A DNA stretch of 64,000 bases from Polyangiales bacterium (GTDB taxonomy: Bacteria > Myxococcota_A > Polyangia > Polyangiales > Ga0077539). Every line of letters begins with the position of its first letter. Position 1 is the stretch's first letter. The translations under genes were made by a program, and so were the position numbers. The stretch spans positions 288,001 to 352,000 of the forward strand of contig JBGARZ010000002.1 in NCBI GenBank assembly GCA_044229975.1, written 5' to 3'. Shown piece after piece: positions 46,659 to 55,380 of the stretch. The notes beneath the pieces are model-generated. The model had not been told where the DNA came from. It ran no database searches and saw only the letters and a list, made by a program, of their open reading frames with translations.

Positions 46659-47779
46659 GAGGCGCCGCCTTCCACCGCGCGAACCGCGTCGCGCACGGCG
46701 TGGCAGACCGTCTCGATCTCGGGCAGCTCCAGCTCGCTGTGCACCGGGATGGAGAGCACCTCGTTGCACGCGCGCTCGGACAGCGGGAAGTCGCCGGGCT
46801 TGTGGCCGAGCGAGGCGAACACCTTCTGATACGGCATCGGCATCGGGTAGTAGACCTCGCTGCCCACGCCCTTCGCGCGCAGCGCCGCCGAGATGGCGTC
46901 GCGCTTCGGGTGGCGGATGGTGAACTGCGCGTAGACGTGCCGACCCTCCGCGTCGTCGGTCGGGAGCACGAGCTGAGACGAGACGTCCTTGAGGGCCGCG
47001 CGCAGGCGGTCGGCGTGGTCGCGGCGCTTCGCGATGCGGGCCTCGTAGTGCGGGAGCTTGGCGCGCAGGATGGCAGCCTGGAGCGGGTCGAGGCGGAAGT
47101 TGCCGCCCGGGAGGTCGTGGACGTTCTTGGCGGTGGCGCCGGTGACGCGGACCTTCTTCATAAGGTCGGCGAGGGCGGGGTCGTCGGTGACGCACGCGCC
47201 GCCGTCGCCCGCGCAGCCGAGGGGCTTGGCGGGGAAGAAGCTGAAGCACCCGATGACGCCGAGGCCGCCCGTGCGACGACCGTGGCGCTCGCCGCCCGCG
47301 GCCTGGGCGACGTCCTCGACGAGGTGGATGCGGCGGTCGCGCGCGAGCGCACCGAGGGCCACGGTGTCGGCGACGCGGCCGAAGAGGTGCACCGCGAGGA
47401 TGGCGCGGGTCTTCGGGGTGATGCGCTCGGCGACGCGGGCCGGGTCGAGGTTGAAGGTCGCAAGGTCGATGTCGGCGAAGACCGGCGTGGCGCCGACGCG
47501 GTGGATGGCGCTGGCCGTGGCGAGGTAGCTGAAGGCCGTGGTGATGACCTCGTCGCCGGGGCCGATGCCGAGGGCCTGGAGCGCCACGACGATGGCGTCC
47601 GAGCCGTTGGACACGCCCACCGACGCGGAGGCGCCGCAGTAGGCGGCGAACTCGTTCTGGAAGGCCTCGACCTCCGCGCCGAGGATGTAGCCCCCGGAGC
47701 GCAGCACGCGGAGCGCAGCCTCCTCGATGAGACCCTGGTGTTGACGGTGTTCGCGGGCGGGGTCGGCGAGGTTGATCAC
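46655..47779 (-). CDS. DegT/DnrJ/EryC1/StrS aminotransferase (WbpE-like)
   Basis: GAGGAGG RBS then GTG. NGSDA, EDVAQA, FSFFPAKPLG..GDGG, and NFRLDPLQAA. Confidence 0.92.
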   Translation of the reverse strand: MINLADPAREHRQHQGLIEEAALRVLRSGGYILGAEVEAFQNEFAAYCGASASVGVSNGSDAIVVALQALGIGPGDEVITTAFSYLATASAIHRVGATPVFADIDLATFNLDPARVAERITPKTRAILAVHLFGRVADTVALGALARDRRIHLVEDVAQAAGGERHGRRTGGLGVIGCFSFFPAKPLGCAGDGGACVTDDPALADLMKKVRVTGATAKNVHDLPGGNFRLDPLQAAILRAKLPHYEARIAKRRDHADRLRAALKDVSSQLVLPTDDAEGRHVYAQFTIRHPKRDAISAALRAKGVGSEVYYPMPMPYQKVFASLGHKPGDFPLSERACNEVLSIPVHSELELPEIETVCHAVRDAVRAVEGGAS

Positions 47780-47909
47780 GGTGACGATGGCCTCCTCAAA
47801 AGGACTGTGCGGCGGCGCGTCTACCATGGAAGCGATCGCCCTGTGAAACCCCTCTTGCGGGAGAGCGTTGGCGACCGCTGGCAGGGCTCTTGAAACGCGT
47901 ACACTCGCC

Positions 47910-48791
47910 ATGCCCACGATGAACGCCACCCGCGCGCCCAACCTTGCGGACGAGACCCTGGCCGAGCACTGGACCCGGCAGGTGAAGACCAACCTCCTGC
48001 GCGGCGCTCGGCTCGCTTCATGGGTCGCCCAGCCCGCGAACTTTCCGTCGCCCGCACATGCACCACCAGGTGCCCGGCTCGGGGTCGTCATCGCGGAGGA
48101 GCGCGTCTCGCTGCGCCGCACCGATGCGTCCGCCGAGCCACTGTTCGAGGAGGGCAAGCGCATCAACCTCGCGCTCGCAGCGCCCGCCTTCGAGGCTCTG
48201 CTCCTCGGCCCCGACCGGCCGCTGTCCTTCTGGCGCACGCTCGGCCGCGTCACCGAATCCCGCGGCTACCGCCACGGCATGGAACTCCGTGGCGGCTGCA
48301 TCCTCCCCGCCATCGGCGGCGGTCTGTGTCTGCTCTCCAACGCCCTCTTCGCCCTCGCCGCCCGCGCAGGCTTTCGCATCATCGAGCGCCACGGCCACTC
48401 GCTCGAAGCCGTCCCACCCACTGAGGGCGCGCTGTGGGGCATCGATGCGACGGTGTTCTGGCCGTACGTCGACCTCCGCTTCGCGCCCGATCGTCCGGTC
48501 GCATTGTCGGTGCGCGTCGACGCCGATGCCCTCGTCGTGCGTGCCCTCGCCGCCGAAGTGAGCTCCGACCGATTCGAGCTGATCTCCCTCGACGAGCACA
48601 TCGAGTATCACGCGACGGGTCCCCTTCGCATCAACCGTGTCGGTCGTCGGCGCGTGGGGACGACCGCGGTCGAGGTCATCGCCCACAACCGTCGACGGGT
48701 GCTCGACACCTCCGAGCAGCGCCGGAGCTGCCTCACCTGCGACGAGACCGACTGCCACTCGCACGTCACTCCCCCGGCGGTGGTGCGGTGA
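47910..48791 (+). CDS. VanW-family protein with C-terminal Cys motif
   Basis: K.INL, SFW..LG, GY..G, IGGGLC.LSN, ER.GHS, DATVFWPYVDLRF, and RSCLTCDETDC. Confidence 0.85.
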   Translation: MPTMNATRAPNLADETLAEHWTRQVKTNLLRGARLASWVAQPANFPSPAHAPPGARLGVVIAEERVSLRRTDASAEPLFEEGKRINLALAAPAFEALLLGPDRPLSFWRTLGRVTESRGYRHGMELRGGCILPAIGGGLCLLSNALFALAARAGFRIIERHGHSLEAVPPTEGALWGIDATVFWPYVDLRFAPDRPVALSVRVDADALVVRALAAEVSSDRFELISLDEHIEYHATGPLRINRVGRRRVGTTAVEVIAHNRRRVLDTSEQRRSCLTCDETDCHSHVTPPAVVR

Positions 48792-49945
48792 TCGCCGTCG
48801 TCGCCCCGGAGCCGGCGCCCTGGCTTGCCCCGGTGGTCGAGGCCGCGCTGCTCGCGGGTCGCGTCACCATCTTCGCGCCCTGGGCGTTGCCCTCCGCCCT
48901 CGCCCGTCTCGCGCCGTCACGCTTCGCCTCCGGCCTCCAGCGCCGGACGCTCACGCTCGCTCCGTTTCAACCGACGCACGGGTGGTTCGCCGTCGAGGCC
49001 CTCGCCCGCCTCTGGAGCCGCGATCGCACCGACCGCGCGATGCTCGCCCGCTTCGCGCTACGGCGCATGGTGGGTGAGCTCGCCGCCCGCTGGCTCCCGT
49101 CCGACTGTGACGCGGTGATCGCTCCGTCGCTCACCGCCCGCCACACCTTCGCGACCGCTGCGCGGCGCAATGTGGCGACGCTGCTGGTGGAGGACGTTCC
49201 GACGTTGCGGGCGCTGCACGCCGACCTCGACGCGGCCGCGGTGCGGCACCCGGATGCCCTTTTTCTCAAGCGCTTTCGAGCGTCACCCGCTGTGATCGCA
49301 GAGCAGGAGGCCGAGCGTGTGCTCGCCCGCCATGTGCTGGTGCGCGGGCATCACGCACGAGACCTGCTCGGTGATCGCGGGACCGACGGCGTGCTCGATC
49401 TGCCGGGCTCCGTTGGCGCTCGCATCATCGCGGCGCGCGATGGTGGACCGAAGCGCGTCCTGCTCGCGGGTCTCGCGGCCGCGCGTCACGGAACCTTCGA
49501 GGCACTCGACGCCCTTCGCGAGCTGCCCGTCGAGCTGCTGGTGCGCGCCGGGGAAGGCAACGAGCCCCGCGACCTGTTGAGTCGTCCGCGGGTGCGCTCA
49601 TCGACGCGCGAGGAGCGAGAGACGCTGGCGGGCGTGGACGTCGTCATCGCGCCGTCGTGGTGCGAGAGCCACGCGCCCGAGGTTGCGCTCGCGGCGGCCA
49701 TGGGGGTTCCGGTGGTGGCGACGCGGCGTGGTGCGGGGCTCGTCGACCTCGGTCGCGCGGGCGTTGAAGTGGCGCCTGGAGACGCGGCGGCGCTTGCGGC
49801 TGCCATCGAGCGGGCGCTCGTGATGACGGTCGAGCCCGCGACGAACAACCGGGCCGCTCAGGCGCTGACCGAGCGACTCCAGACGATACTGCGGCGGGGT
49901 GCACCGGCGCCCAAGCGGGTCGTGCGGCTGCCCGTCATCGCCTGA
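48788..49945 (+). CDS. GT-B (family 4-like) glycosyltransferase
   Basis: DVVIAPSWCE..AAAMGVPVVAT..PGDAAALA. GTGA overlap with vanW. Confidence 0.8.
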   Translation: MIAVVAPEPAPWLAPVVEAALLAGRVTIFAPWALPSALARLAPSRFASGLQRRTLTLAPFQPTHGWFAVEALARLWSRDRTDRAMLARFALRRMVGELAARWLPSDCDAVIAPSLTARHTFATAARRNVATLLVEDVPTLRALHADLDAAAVRHPDALFLKRFRASPAVIAEQEAERVLARHVLVRGHHARDLLGDRGTDGVLDLPGSVGARIIAARDGGPKRVLLAGLAAARHGTFEALDALRELPVELLVRAGEGNEPRDLLSRPRVRSSTREERETLAGVDVVIAPSWCESHAPEVALAAAMGVPVVATRRGAGLVDLGRAGVEVAPGDAAALAAAIERALVMTVEPATNNRAAQALTERLQTILRRGAPAPKRVVRLPVIA

Positions 49946-50201
49946 GCGGGCCCGCGTCGTCGCGGAGGCCTCCGTCGAAGCCCGACATCACCGAGGGGAT
50001 CACCTCGCGGCGGATCTTGGTCGCGACCTGATCGCTCGCGGAGCGGATGTCGTGGCCGAGTTCGTGGGCTTCGGGCGTTCCGAGGATGCGGCGGGTGTGC
50101 TCCCAGAGGGTTCGCGTGCCGCCGATGGGCACGAAGAAATACGCGTAGAGCACGATGAGGGTGAGGAGGCTCGATACGATCCAGCGGCCCGCGCGGAACA
50201 T
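49935..50201 (-). CDS. Small membrane protein
   Basis: TM LLTLIVLYAYFFVPIGG followed by RTLWEH..RI. Confidence 0.65.
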   Translation of the reverse strand: MFRAGRWIVSSLLTLIVLYAYFFVPIGGTRTLWEHTRRILGTPEAHELGHDIRSASDQVATKIRREVIPSVMSGFDGGLRDDAGPLRR

Positions 50202-50254
50202 TCGTCCGCGAGAGGGGAGCGCGCGGACCCGATGGGCGCAAGTATCCGGCGCGC

Positions 50255-50282
50255 TTGACACCCCCGCGGGCCCGGTGATGGT
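50255..50282 (+). promoter_or_regulatory. Sigma70-like promoter
   Basis: TTGACA-N16-GATGGT, upstream of the ATG at 50317. Confidence 0.4.
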
Positions 50283-50316
50283 CTGCCGCGCCTTCGAGCC
50301 CAGAGAGAAAACCCAC

Positions 50317-50793
50317 ATGGCCCAACGTCCCGCCCGCAAAGATCCCCGTCACCCCGCTCCTCCCGCCGCCGCCAACACCGGGCGCCCCGGACCCAACGAC
50401 CCCAAGGGCTATCGCGGCCCCGGCTTTCAGGACGCGCCGACCTGGGACTACAAGATCGACTACGCGGGCCTCCCCAAGGACGAAGAGGAAGACCTCGCCG
50501 CCGCTCCACCTCCGACGACCAACACGCTCCCGAGCGCGGTGCTTACCTCACACGAGGCGCACAACCGCGGCGGTCGCTCGCCGCGCGGCATGGGCGGCCG
50601 ACGCCACGACCGCAACGGGACGGACCCCAACGCCTATCGCAGCCCCGGCTTCAGCGAGCAGCGCGACGCCCGCTTCCGCGGACACCCGATGACCCGCGGG
50701 GACATCGGCGCTCCCCCTGCGAGCGACGCACCCGACGAAGCCGCTGCCGCGCCCGAAGAGACCGTCGCCGCCCCCGTCCGCTCCGAGGACTGA
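50317..50793 (+). CDS. Disordered hypothetical protein with a duplicated DPxxYRxPGF motif
   Basis: GC3-rich codons, purine-rich leader, and an internal repeat. Confidence 0.6.
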   Translation: MAQRPARKDPRHPAPPAAANTGRPGPNDPKGYRGPGFQDAPTWDYKIDYAGLPKDEEEDLAAAPPPTTNTLPSAVLTSHEAHNRGGRSPRGMGGRRHDRNGTDPNAYRSPGFSEQRDARFRGHPMTRGDIGAPPASDAPDEAAAAPEETVAAPVRSED

Positions 50794-50849
50794 GCGTGAG
50801 GTGATCGACGACGAGGGGTGTGATCGTCGGCGTGATACAACCGCCACCT

Positions 50850-51719
50850 GTGCCGAGCGCTCGCCGCCATCTGCTCCCAGCGCTCATCTCCGCAGCCCTC
50901 GCCGCCTGTGCGACGGCGAGGGAGGAGCCCGACGACGCATCGTTCCCCGTCGACTCGATCGACGTCCCTGACGTGGCGGAGGTTGCGATCGACGCTGCAG
51001 CGCCGGTCGACGTGACCGTCTCCGCGGACGTCGGCGTCGACGCTCCCGCGCCGATGGACGTGCCCGTGCCAATGGACGTCCCCGCGCCGATCGACGTCCC
51101 CGCGCCGATCGACCTGCCGACGGTGCGCGACGTCCCAGCCGACGCGGGACCGGTGGACACCGGTGCGGCCGACATCGTCGACGTCGGCACCCCCGACGGG
51201 ACCGCGGGCGCGTGCCCCGTCTCGCTCGCGATCGGCAACTTCGACAGCGGCAGCGACGGCTGGGTGTTCGACGCCTTCTGGCGCCCAAGCGCGGGCGCCA
51301 TGGCGGGTGGCTCCACCACCCGTTACCTGTCCATGTACACGGCGAACCTTACGAGCGGCGTCGACGCCGATCTCTCCGGGTGCGGCGCGGCGACCCTCAC
51401 GTTCACGGTGCGCCTCGACGACAACCCTTCGTCCGACGCGATCGACGGCTCCGAGCGCCTCACGCCGCAGTGCTCGAACGACGGCCTGGGGTGGATCGAC
51501 CTGACCCCCAACCCCTGGCCCGCGAACCAGGTGTCGTGCGTGAACAGCTACTGCTCCGGCGGGCGCACTTCGCGCGCGTTCGCGGCCACCGCGCAGTCCA
51601 TCGTGCTCCCGGCGACGTGCCGCGCGCGGACCACCCGCATCCGCTTCCGCGCCCGCGGCGCTGGCGCGTTGCGGCTCCGCGACCCCGGCTGGATCGTCGA
51701 CTCCGTGCGCATCAACTGA
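50850..51719 (+). CDS. Lipoprotein with Asp/Pro linker and C-terminal beta-sandwich-like domain
   Basis: Lipobox ALAA-C, DVP repeats, and FD..SDGW..LSG..LTF..RIRFR..GWIVDSVRI. Confidence 0.75.
   Translation: MPSARRHLLPALISAALAACATAREEPDDASFPVDSIDVPDVAEVAIDAAAPVDVTVSADVGVDAPAPMDVPVPMDVPAPIDVPAPIDLPTVRDVPADAGPVDTGAADIVDVGTPDGTAGACPVSLAIGNFDSGSDGWVFDAFWRPSAGAMAGGSTTRYLSMYTANLTSGVDADLSGCGAATLTFTVRLDDNPSSDAIDGSERLTPQCSNDGLGWIDLTPNPWPANQVSCVNSYCSGGRTSRAFAATAQSIVLPATCRARTTRIRFRARGAGALRLRDPGWIVDSVRIN
51045..51116 (+). repeat. In-frame tandem repeat, 18 bp x 4
   Basis: Units of cccg(c/t)gcc(g/a)at(g/c)gac(g/c)t(g/c) encoding PAPMDV, PVPMDV, PAPIDV and PAPIDL. Confidence 0.9.
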
Positions 51720-51737
51720 CCCCGTGGGTGTCGCGCG

Positions 51738-52106
51738 CTAGCGGACCCAGCGGCGGATGGCCGCCTCGCTGTCGCCGGGCGTGGTGTTGAAGCAGATGCG
51801 CGCCCGCGGTGCGTGCTCGTGCACCGCGTTGATGAGCGTCTCGAACAGCGTCAGCATCGGCGGCGCCGCGCGCACTCCGGCGCCGATGAGCACCACGTCG
51901 TAGTCCTTCGCGGCGATCGCTGCGATGGTAACGGCGGCGGCCGTCTCGCCCCGGTCGATGCCAACGAAGTCCGCGTCGAAGCCCGCGGCGCGGAGCCGCG
52001 CCACCTGCTCACCGAGCTGTGCGGTGAGCTTCTCCTCGGTGAGGTCGGGAAGCGCGGTGAAGTCGACGAAGCGGGGTTCGAGTCCCAGGTAGAGAACGGC
52101 GGTCAT
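51738..52106 (-). CDS. Conserved hypothetical protein (small alpha/beta fold)
   Basis: YDVVLIGAGVR..LFE.LIN.VHEHAP.ARICFNT.P. GC3-rich codons. Confidence 0.75.
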   Translation of the reverse strand: MTAVLYLGLEPRFVDFTALPDLTEEKLTAQLGEQVARLRAAGFDADFVGIDRGETAAAVTIAAIAAKDYDVVLIGAGVRAAPPMLTLFETLINAVHEHAPRARICFNTTPGDSEAAIRRWVR

Positions 52107-52186
52107 GGTGGGGGCGACGGTACCATCGCCGGGGGCGACCCCGTCGGCTTGCACAGCGCCCCGGGTCCGTCGGTGCAGACGCTCGG

Positions 52187-52790
52187 TCACGCAGGGTGTT
52201 GGCGCGCGGTCACCAGGTTCGGATCAAGAGCCCGCACGTTCTCGGGGCCGAAGCCGCGGGCGCCCGCCTCGATCCAATGGTCGTGGTCGTAGCGCTTGCT
52301 CGTGCGCTGGACGTGGGCCACGAGCCGACTAAGCAGCTCGACGGGCCACAGCGGCGCCTTGAGCGCGAGCAGGTTGCCATCGACGGCCTCGCCGGGGAGG
52401 ACCTGGACCTTCATCGTGAGCTCGATCCCGAAGCCACTGGTGGTCGGAAGGGGCGACGCCTTGGGTCCCATCTCGGTGAGTCCCCAACCGACGTAGTGGA
52501 GATAGGAGCCCCGCGTCGTCGATCCGATACACCCGCACGAGGGCGAGCGGCGACGGCGGCGGCCGCGACCAGGCGAGCGGCGCCTGGTCTCCGAACACCC
52601 CCGAGAGGGCTTCCTGGATCGACCCAAACACCGCCAACACCTCCGGGTCGTCGAGCTGACCGGTCAGCTCCACCGCCACGCGCATCGCCGCGGCGAGCGG
52701 CGGCATCGGCTCCCAGGTGGATTCCCACGTCGGTTGGAACGGCGGCGTCGAGACTTCGGGCGTAGGCGGCGAGCGGCGGAACCAACCCAC
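52187..52790 (-). pseudogene. Suppressor-of-fused (SUFU)-like gene, frameshifted and C-terminally short
   Basis: The N-terminal half (..SIQEALSGVFGDQAPLAW..PLALVRVY) and the C-terminal half (LHYVGWGLTE..SGFGIELT..PLWPVELL) are in different frames, which switch at the C4 run 52509-52512. Confidence 0.7.
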
Positions 52791-52801
52791 GCGTGAGCCC
52801 C

Positions 52802-53833
52802 TCAGCTCTCGCGCAGGAAGCGCTCCGCGGCGGCCACGTCGTCGCGGCTCCCGATGTACAGCGGCACCCGCTGGTGCAGCGACTTCGGCATCACGTCCTG
52901 GATGCGCCCGCGTCCGTCCGACGCCGCGCCGCCCGCGGCCTCGCACAGCATCGCCATCGGCGCCGCCTCGTAGAGCAGCCGCAGCTTCCCCTGGGCGTTC
53001 TTCTTGTCGGCGGGGTAGGCGAACACCCCGCCCTTGAGCAGCGTGCGATGGAAATCGGCCACCAGCGAGCCGACGTATCGCGCGGAGTACGGCGAGCCCA
53101 TCTTGCCGTCGGCGCCCGCCTTCGGGGTCTTCATGTCCTCGACCCAGCGGCGCACGCCATCCGACCAGAGGTGCGTGTTGCCCTCGTTGACCGAGTAGAT
53201 CTTGCCCTTCGTCGGGATGCGGATGTTCTCGTGCGAGAGGAAGAACTCGCCCACCGCGGGGTCGAGCGTGAAGCCGTGGACGCCGTTGCCCGCGGTGTAC
53301 ACGAGCACCGTGCTCGACCCGTAGATGACGTAGCCCGCGGCGACCTGGGCGGCGCCACGTTGGAGACAGTCGGCCTCGGTGCCGTGGCGGCCGACGGTGA
53401 TGCGCCGGTGGATCGAGAAGATGGTGCCGATGTTGATGTCGACGTCGATGTTGGAGCTGCCGTCGAGCGGGTCGAACATCAGCACGTACTTCCCCGTCTG
53501 GAACTGCTCGGGGATGCGGACGATGCCCTCGTTTTCCTCGCTCGCCATCACGCAGAGATGGCCGCCCGCCTCGACCGAGCGGATGAGGACGTTGTTGGCG
53601 AACTCGTCGAGCTTCTGGACCTCCTCGCCCTGGACGTTCTTCTCGCCGGTGAGGCCGAGGATGCCCGCGAGGCCCGCCGAGCGGACGCGCGAGTTGATGA
53701 CCTTCGCCGCGAGCGCGATCTGCTGGAAGAGCCCCGTGAAGTCACCGGTCGCGCCGGGGACCGAGAGCTGCTCCTCCAGGATGTGCCGCTCCAACGTGAC
53801 GCCCTGCGCCGAGAGTGCCGAACCCGAGTACAT
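52802..53833 (-). CDS. fbp: Class 1 fructose-1,6-bisphosphatase
   Basis: NVQGEEVQKLD, FDPLDGSSNID, RYVGSLVADFHR, and GKLRLLYE. Confidence 0.96.
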   Translation of the reverse strand: MYSGSALSAQGVTLERHILEEQLSVPGATGDFTGLFQQIALAAKVINSRVRSAGLAGILGLTGEKNVQGEEVQKLDEFANNVLIRSVEAGGHLCVMASEENEGIVRIPEQFQTGKYVLMFDPLDGSSNIDVDINIGTIFSIHRRITVGRHGTEADCLQRGAAQVAAGYVIYGSSTVLVYTAGNGVHGFTLDPAVGEFFLSHENIRIPTKGKIYSVNEGNTHLWSDGVRRWVEDMKTPKAGADGKMGSPYSARYVGSLVADFHRTLLKGGVFAYPADKKNAQGKLRLLYEAAPMAMLCEAAGGAASDGRGRIQDVMPKSLHQRVPLYIGSRDDVAAAERFLRES

Positions 53834-53909
53834 CGCTCTGTATTCTCCGTGAAGGTCTGAAGGGAAGTGCCGCCGCCGCGCCGGTTCTGGCACAGGGGCG
53901 GCGGGTTCA

Positions 53910-54743
53910 TCAATGGGGGTCGGGCGGGCCTTCCGCCAGGGCCCGCGCGGCGGCGATCGTCTCCGGGCTCACCCGCGCGTCGGACTCCAGCGGAACCAGC
54001 ACCCGCGCGAGCACCGCCCGGTAGAGCGAATGCACCGTCGGGTCGTCGGCCATGGCGCCGAGGTGCCGCGCGAGGGTCTCCACGTCATTGCGGAGCAGCG
54101 GCGAGGCCAGCGACGCGTCGGCCCCGAGGTGACGGATGTTGCGCGCGACACTCACCAGCAGCGACGCGATGGCCGCCCGGAGGTCGTCCTCGGTGGGCGC
54201 TGGCGAGACGGCTGTACCGAGCAGCCACGAAGCGCCCTGGGCGATGGCCACCGCACCCGACGCCACCATCGCAGCGCCCGCGTGATAGCGAGCGCGATCG
54301 ACCCCGTCGGCGACGATGAGGTGACCGCCCGCGAGCGCAGTGATGGTGCGCGCGGCCTCGATCGCCGCGGGGTCGCCCTCCACCATGAACGCCGCCCCCC
54401 CGAGGTCACCCGGCGGGTCGAGCGTGGCGATGGCGGCGAGCGGGTGCATCGCACCAACGGCGACCCCGGATGCGCGCGCGTCGGCGAGCACCTCCAGGCC
54501 GCGCGCACCGGCGAGGTGCAGCACCACGTCCCCTGCTCGAAGGTTCGGGACGAGGCTTCGGGTCACCGCGGCGATCACGCCGTCACTGACGGCGAGCACC
54601 CACAGCGTCGCGGCGTCGGTCGCACGAACGATCGGAGCGCCGCGTGCCGCCGAGGTGATCACGGCCTGGCCGTGGGCTTGTGCGAGCGCGACGAAGGCCC
54701 GGCCCATGCGCCCGCGGCCGACGACCTGCCACGGCGCCGTCAT
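53910..54743 (-). CDS. Rossmann-like plus DUF2520 protein (PanG-like)
   Basis: GRGRMG, LAVSD, HLAGA, MHPL, and YHAGA. ATGA overlap with nadD. Confidence 0.8.
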   Translation of the reverse strand: MTAPWQVVGRGRMGRAFVALAQAHGQAVITSAARGAPIVRATDAATLWVLAVSDGVIAAVTRSLVPNLRAGDVVLHLAGARGLEVLADARASGVAVGAMHPLAAIATLDPPGDLGGAAFMVEGDPAAIEAARTITALAGGHLIVADGVDRARYHAGAAMVASGAVAIAQGASWLLGTAVSPAPTEDDLRAAIASLLVSVARNIRHLGADASLASPLLRNDVETLARHLGAMADDPTVHSLYRAVLARVLVPLESDARVSPETIAAARALAEGPPDPH

Positions 54744-55288
54744 GGTTGGCCGTAGATGCCGTTGGCGCGGGCGTACGCGATGACGTCGCGCGGGACGAGG
54801 TCGTCGACGGGCTCGCCCGCGGCGAAGCGGGCGCGCACCTCGGTCGAGGAGATCTGCGGCACCACCGCGGGCGGCGCGTCGGGCGCGGGATGACCCAGGC
54901 GACCGAGCACCAGCGGCGGGGCGAGCGCGATGACCTCCGACCACGCGAACCAGCGATCGGTCTCGCCGAGGATGTCGGCGCCGATGACGAGCCGGAGCGA
55001 CCAGTCGGGGTGCGCCGCCTTGAGGGCTTGCAGGGTGTAGAGCGTGCGGGAGGTCTCGCCCATGTCCTGCTCGATGGAGGAGATCTCGACGTCGCGCAGG
55101 TGGGCGAAGGCCCGCTCACACATGGCGCGGCGATGGACGAAGGGCGCGAGCTCCTTGCCGAGTGGGTGGTCGAAGCAGGGGACGACGAGCACGCGGTCGA
55201 CGGGCTGCGTCGCGAGCACGTATGACACCGCGAGCACATGGGAGATGTGGGGCGGGTTGAAGCTGCCGCCGTAGAAGCCGACGTTCAT
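54740..55288 (-). CDS. nadD: Nicotinate-nucleotide adenylyltransferase
   Basis: GGSFNPPH.SH, IGAD, W..W, and ISSTEVR. Confidence 0.93.
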   Translation of the reverse strand: MNVGFYGGSFNPPHISHVLAVSYVLATQPVDRVLVVPCFDHPLGKELAPFVHRRAMCERAFAHLRDVEISSIEQDMGETSRTLYTLQALKAAHPDWSLRLVIGADILGETDRWFAWSEVIALAPPLVLGRLGHPAPDAPPAVVPQISSTEVRARFAAGEPVDDLVPRDVIAYARANGIYGQP

Positions 55289-55380
55289 GGGCCGCCGACA
55301 GTACGGCCGAACGCTTCCGATGCGCGACCGCGTGATAGAAAGCCGACCTCACTCACCGCACCCATTCCTCAGGAGTCCAC

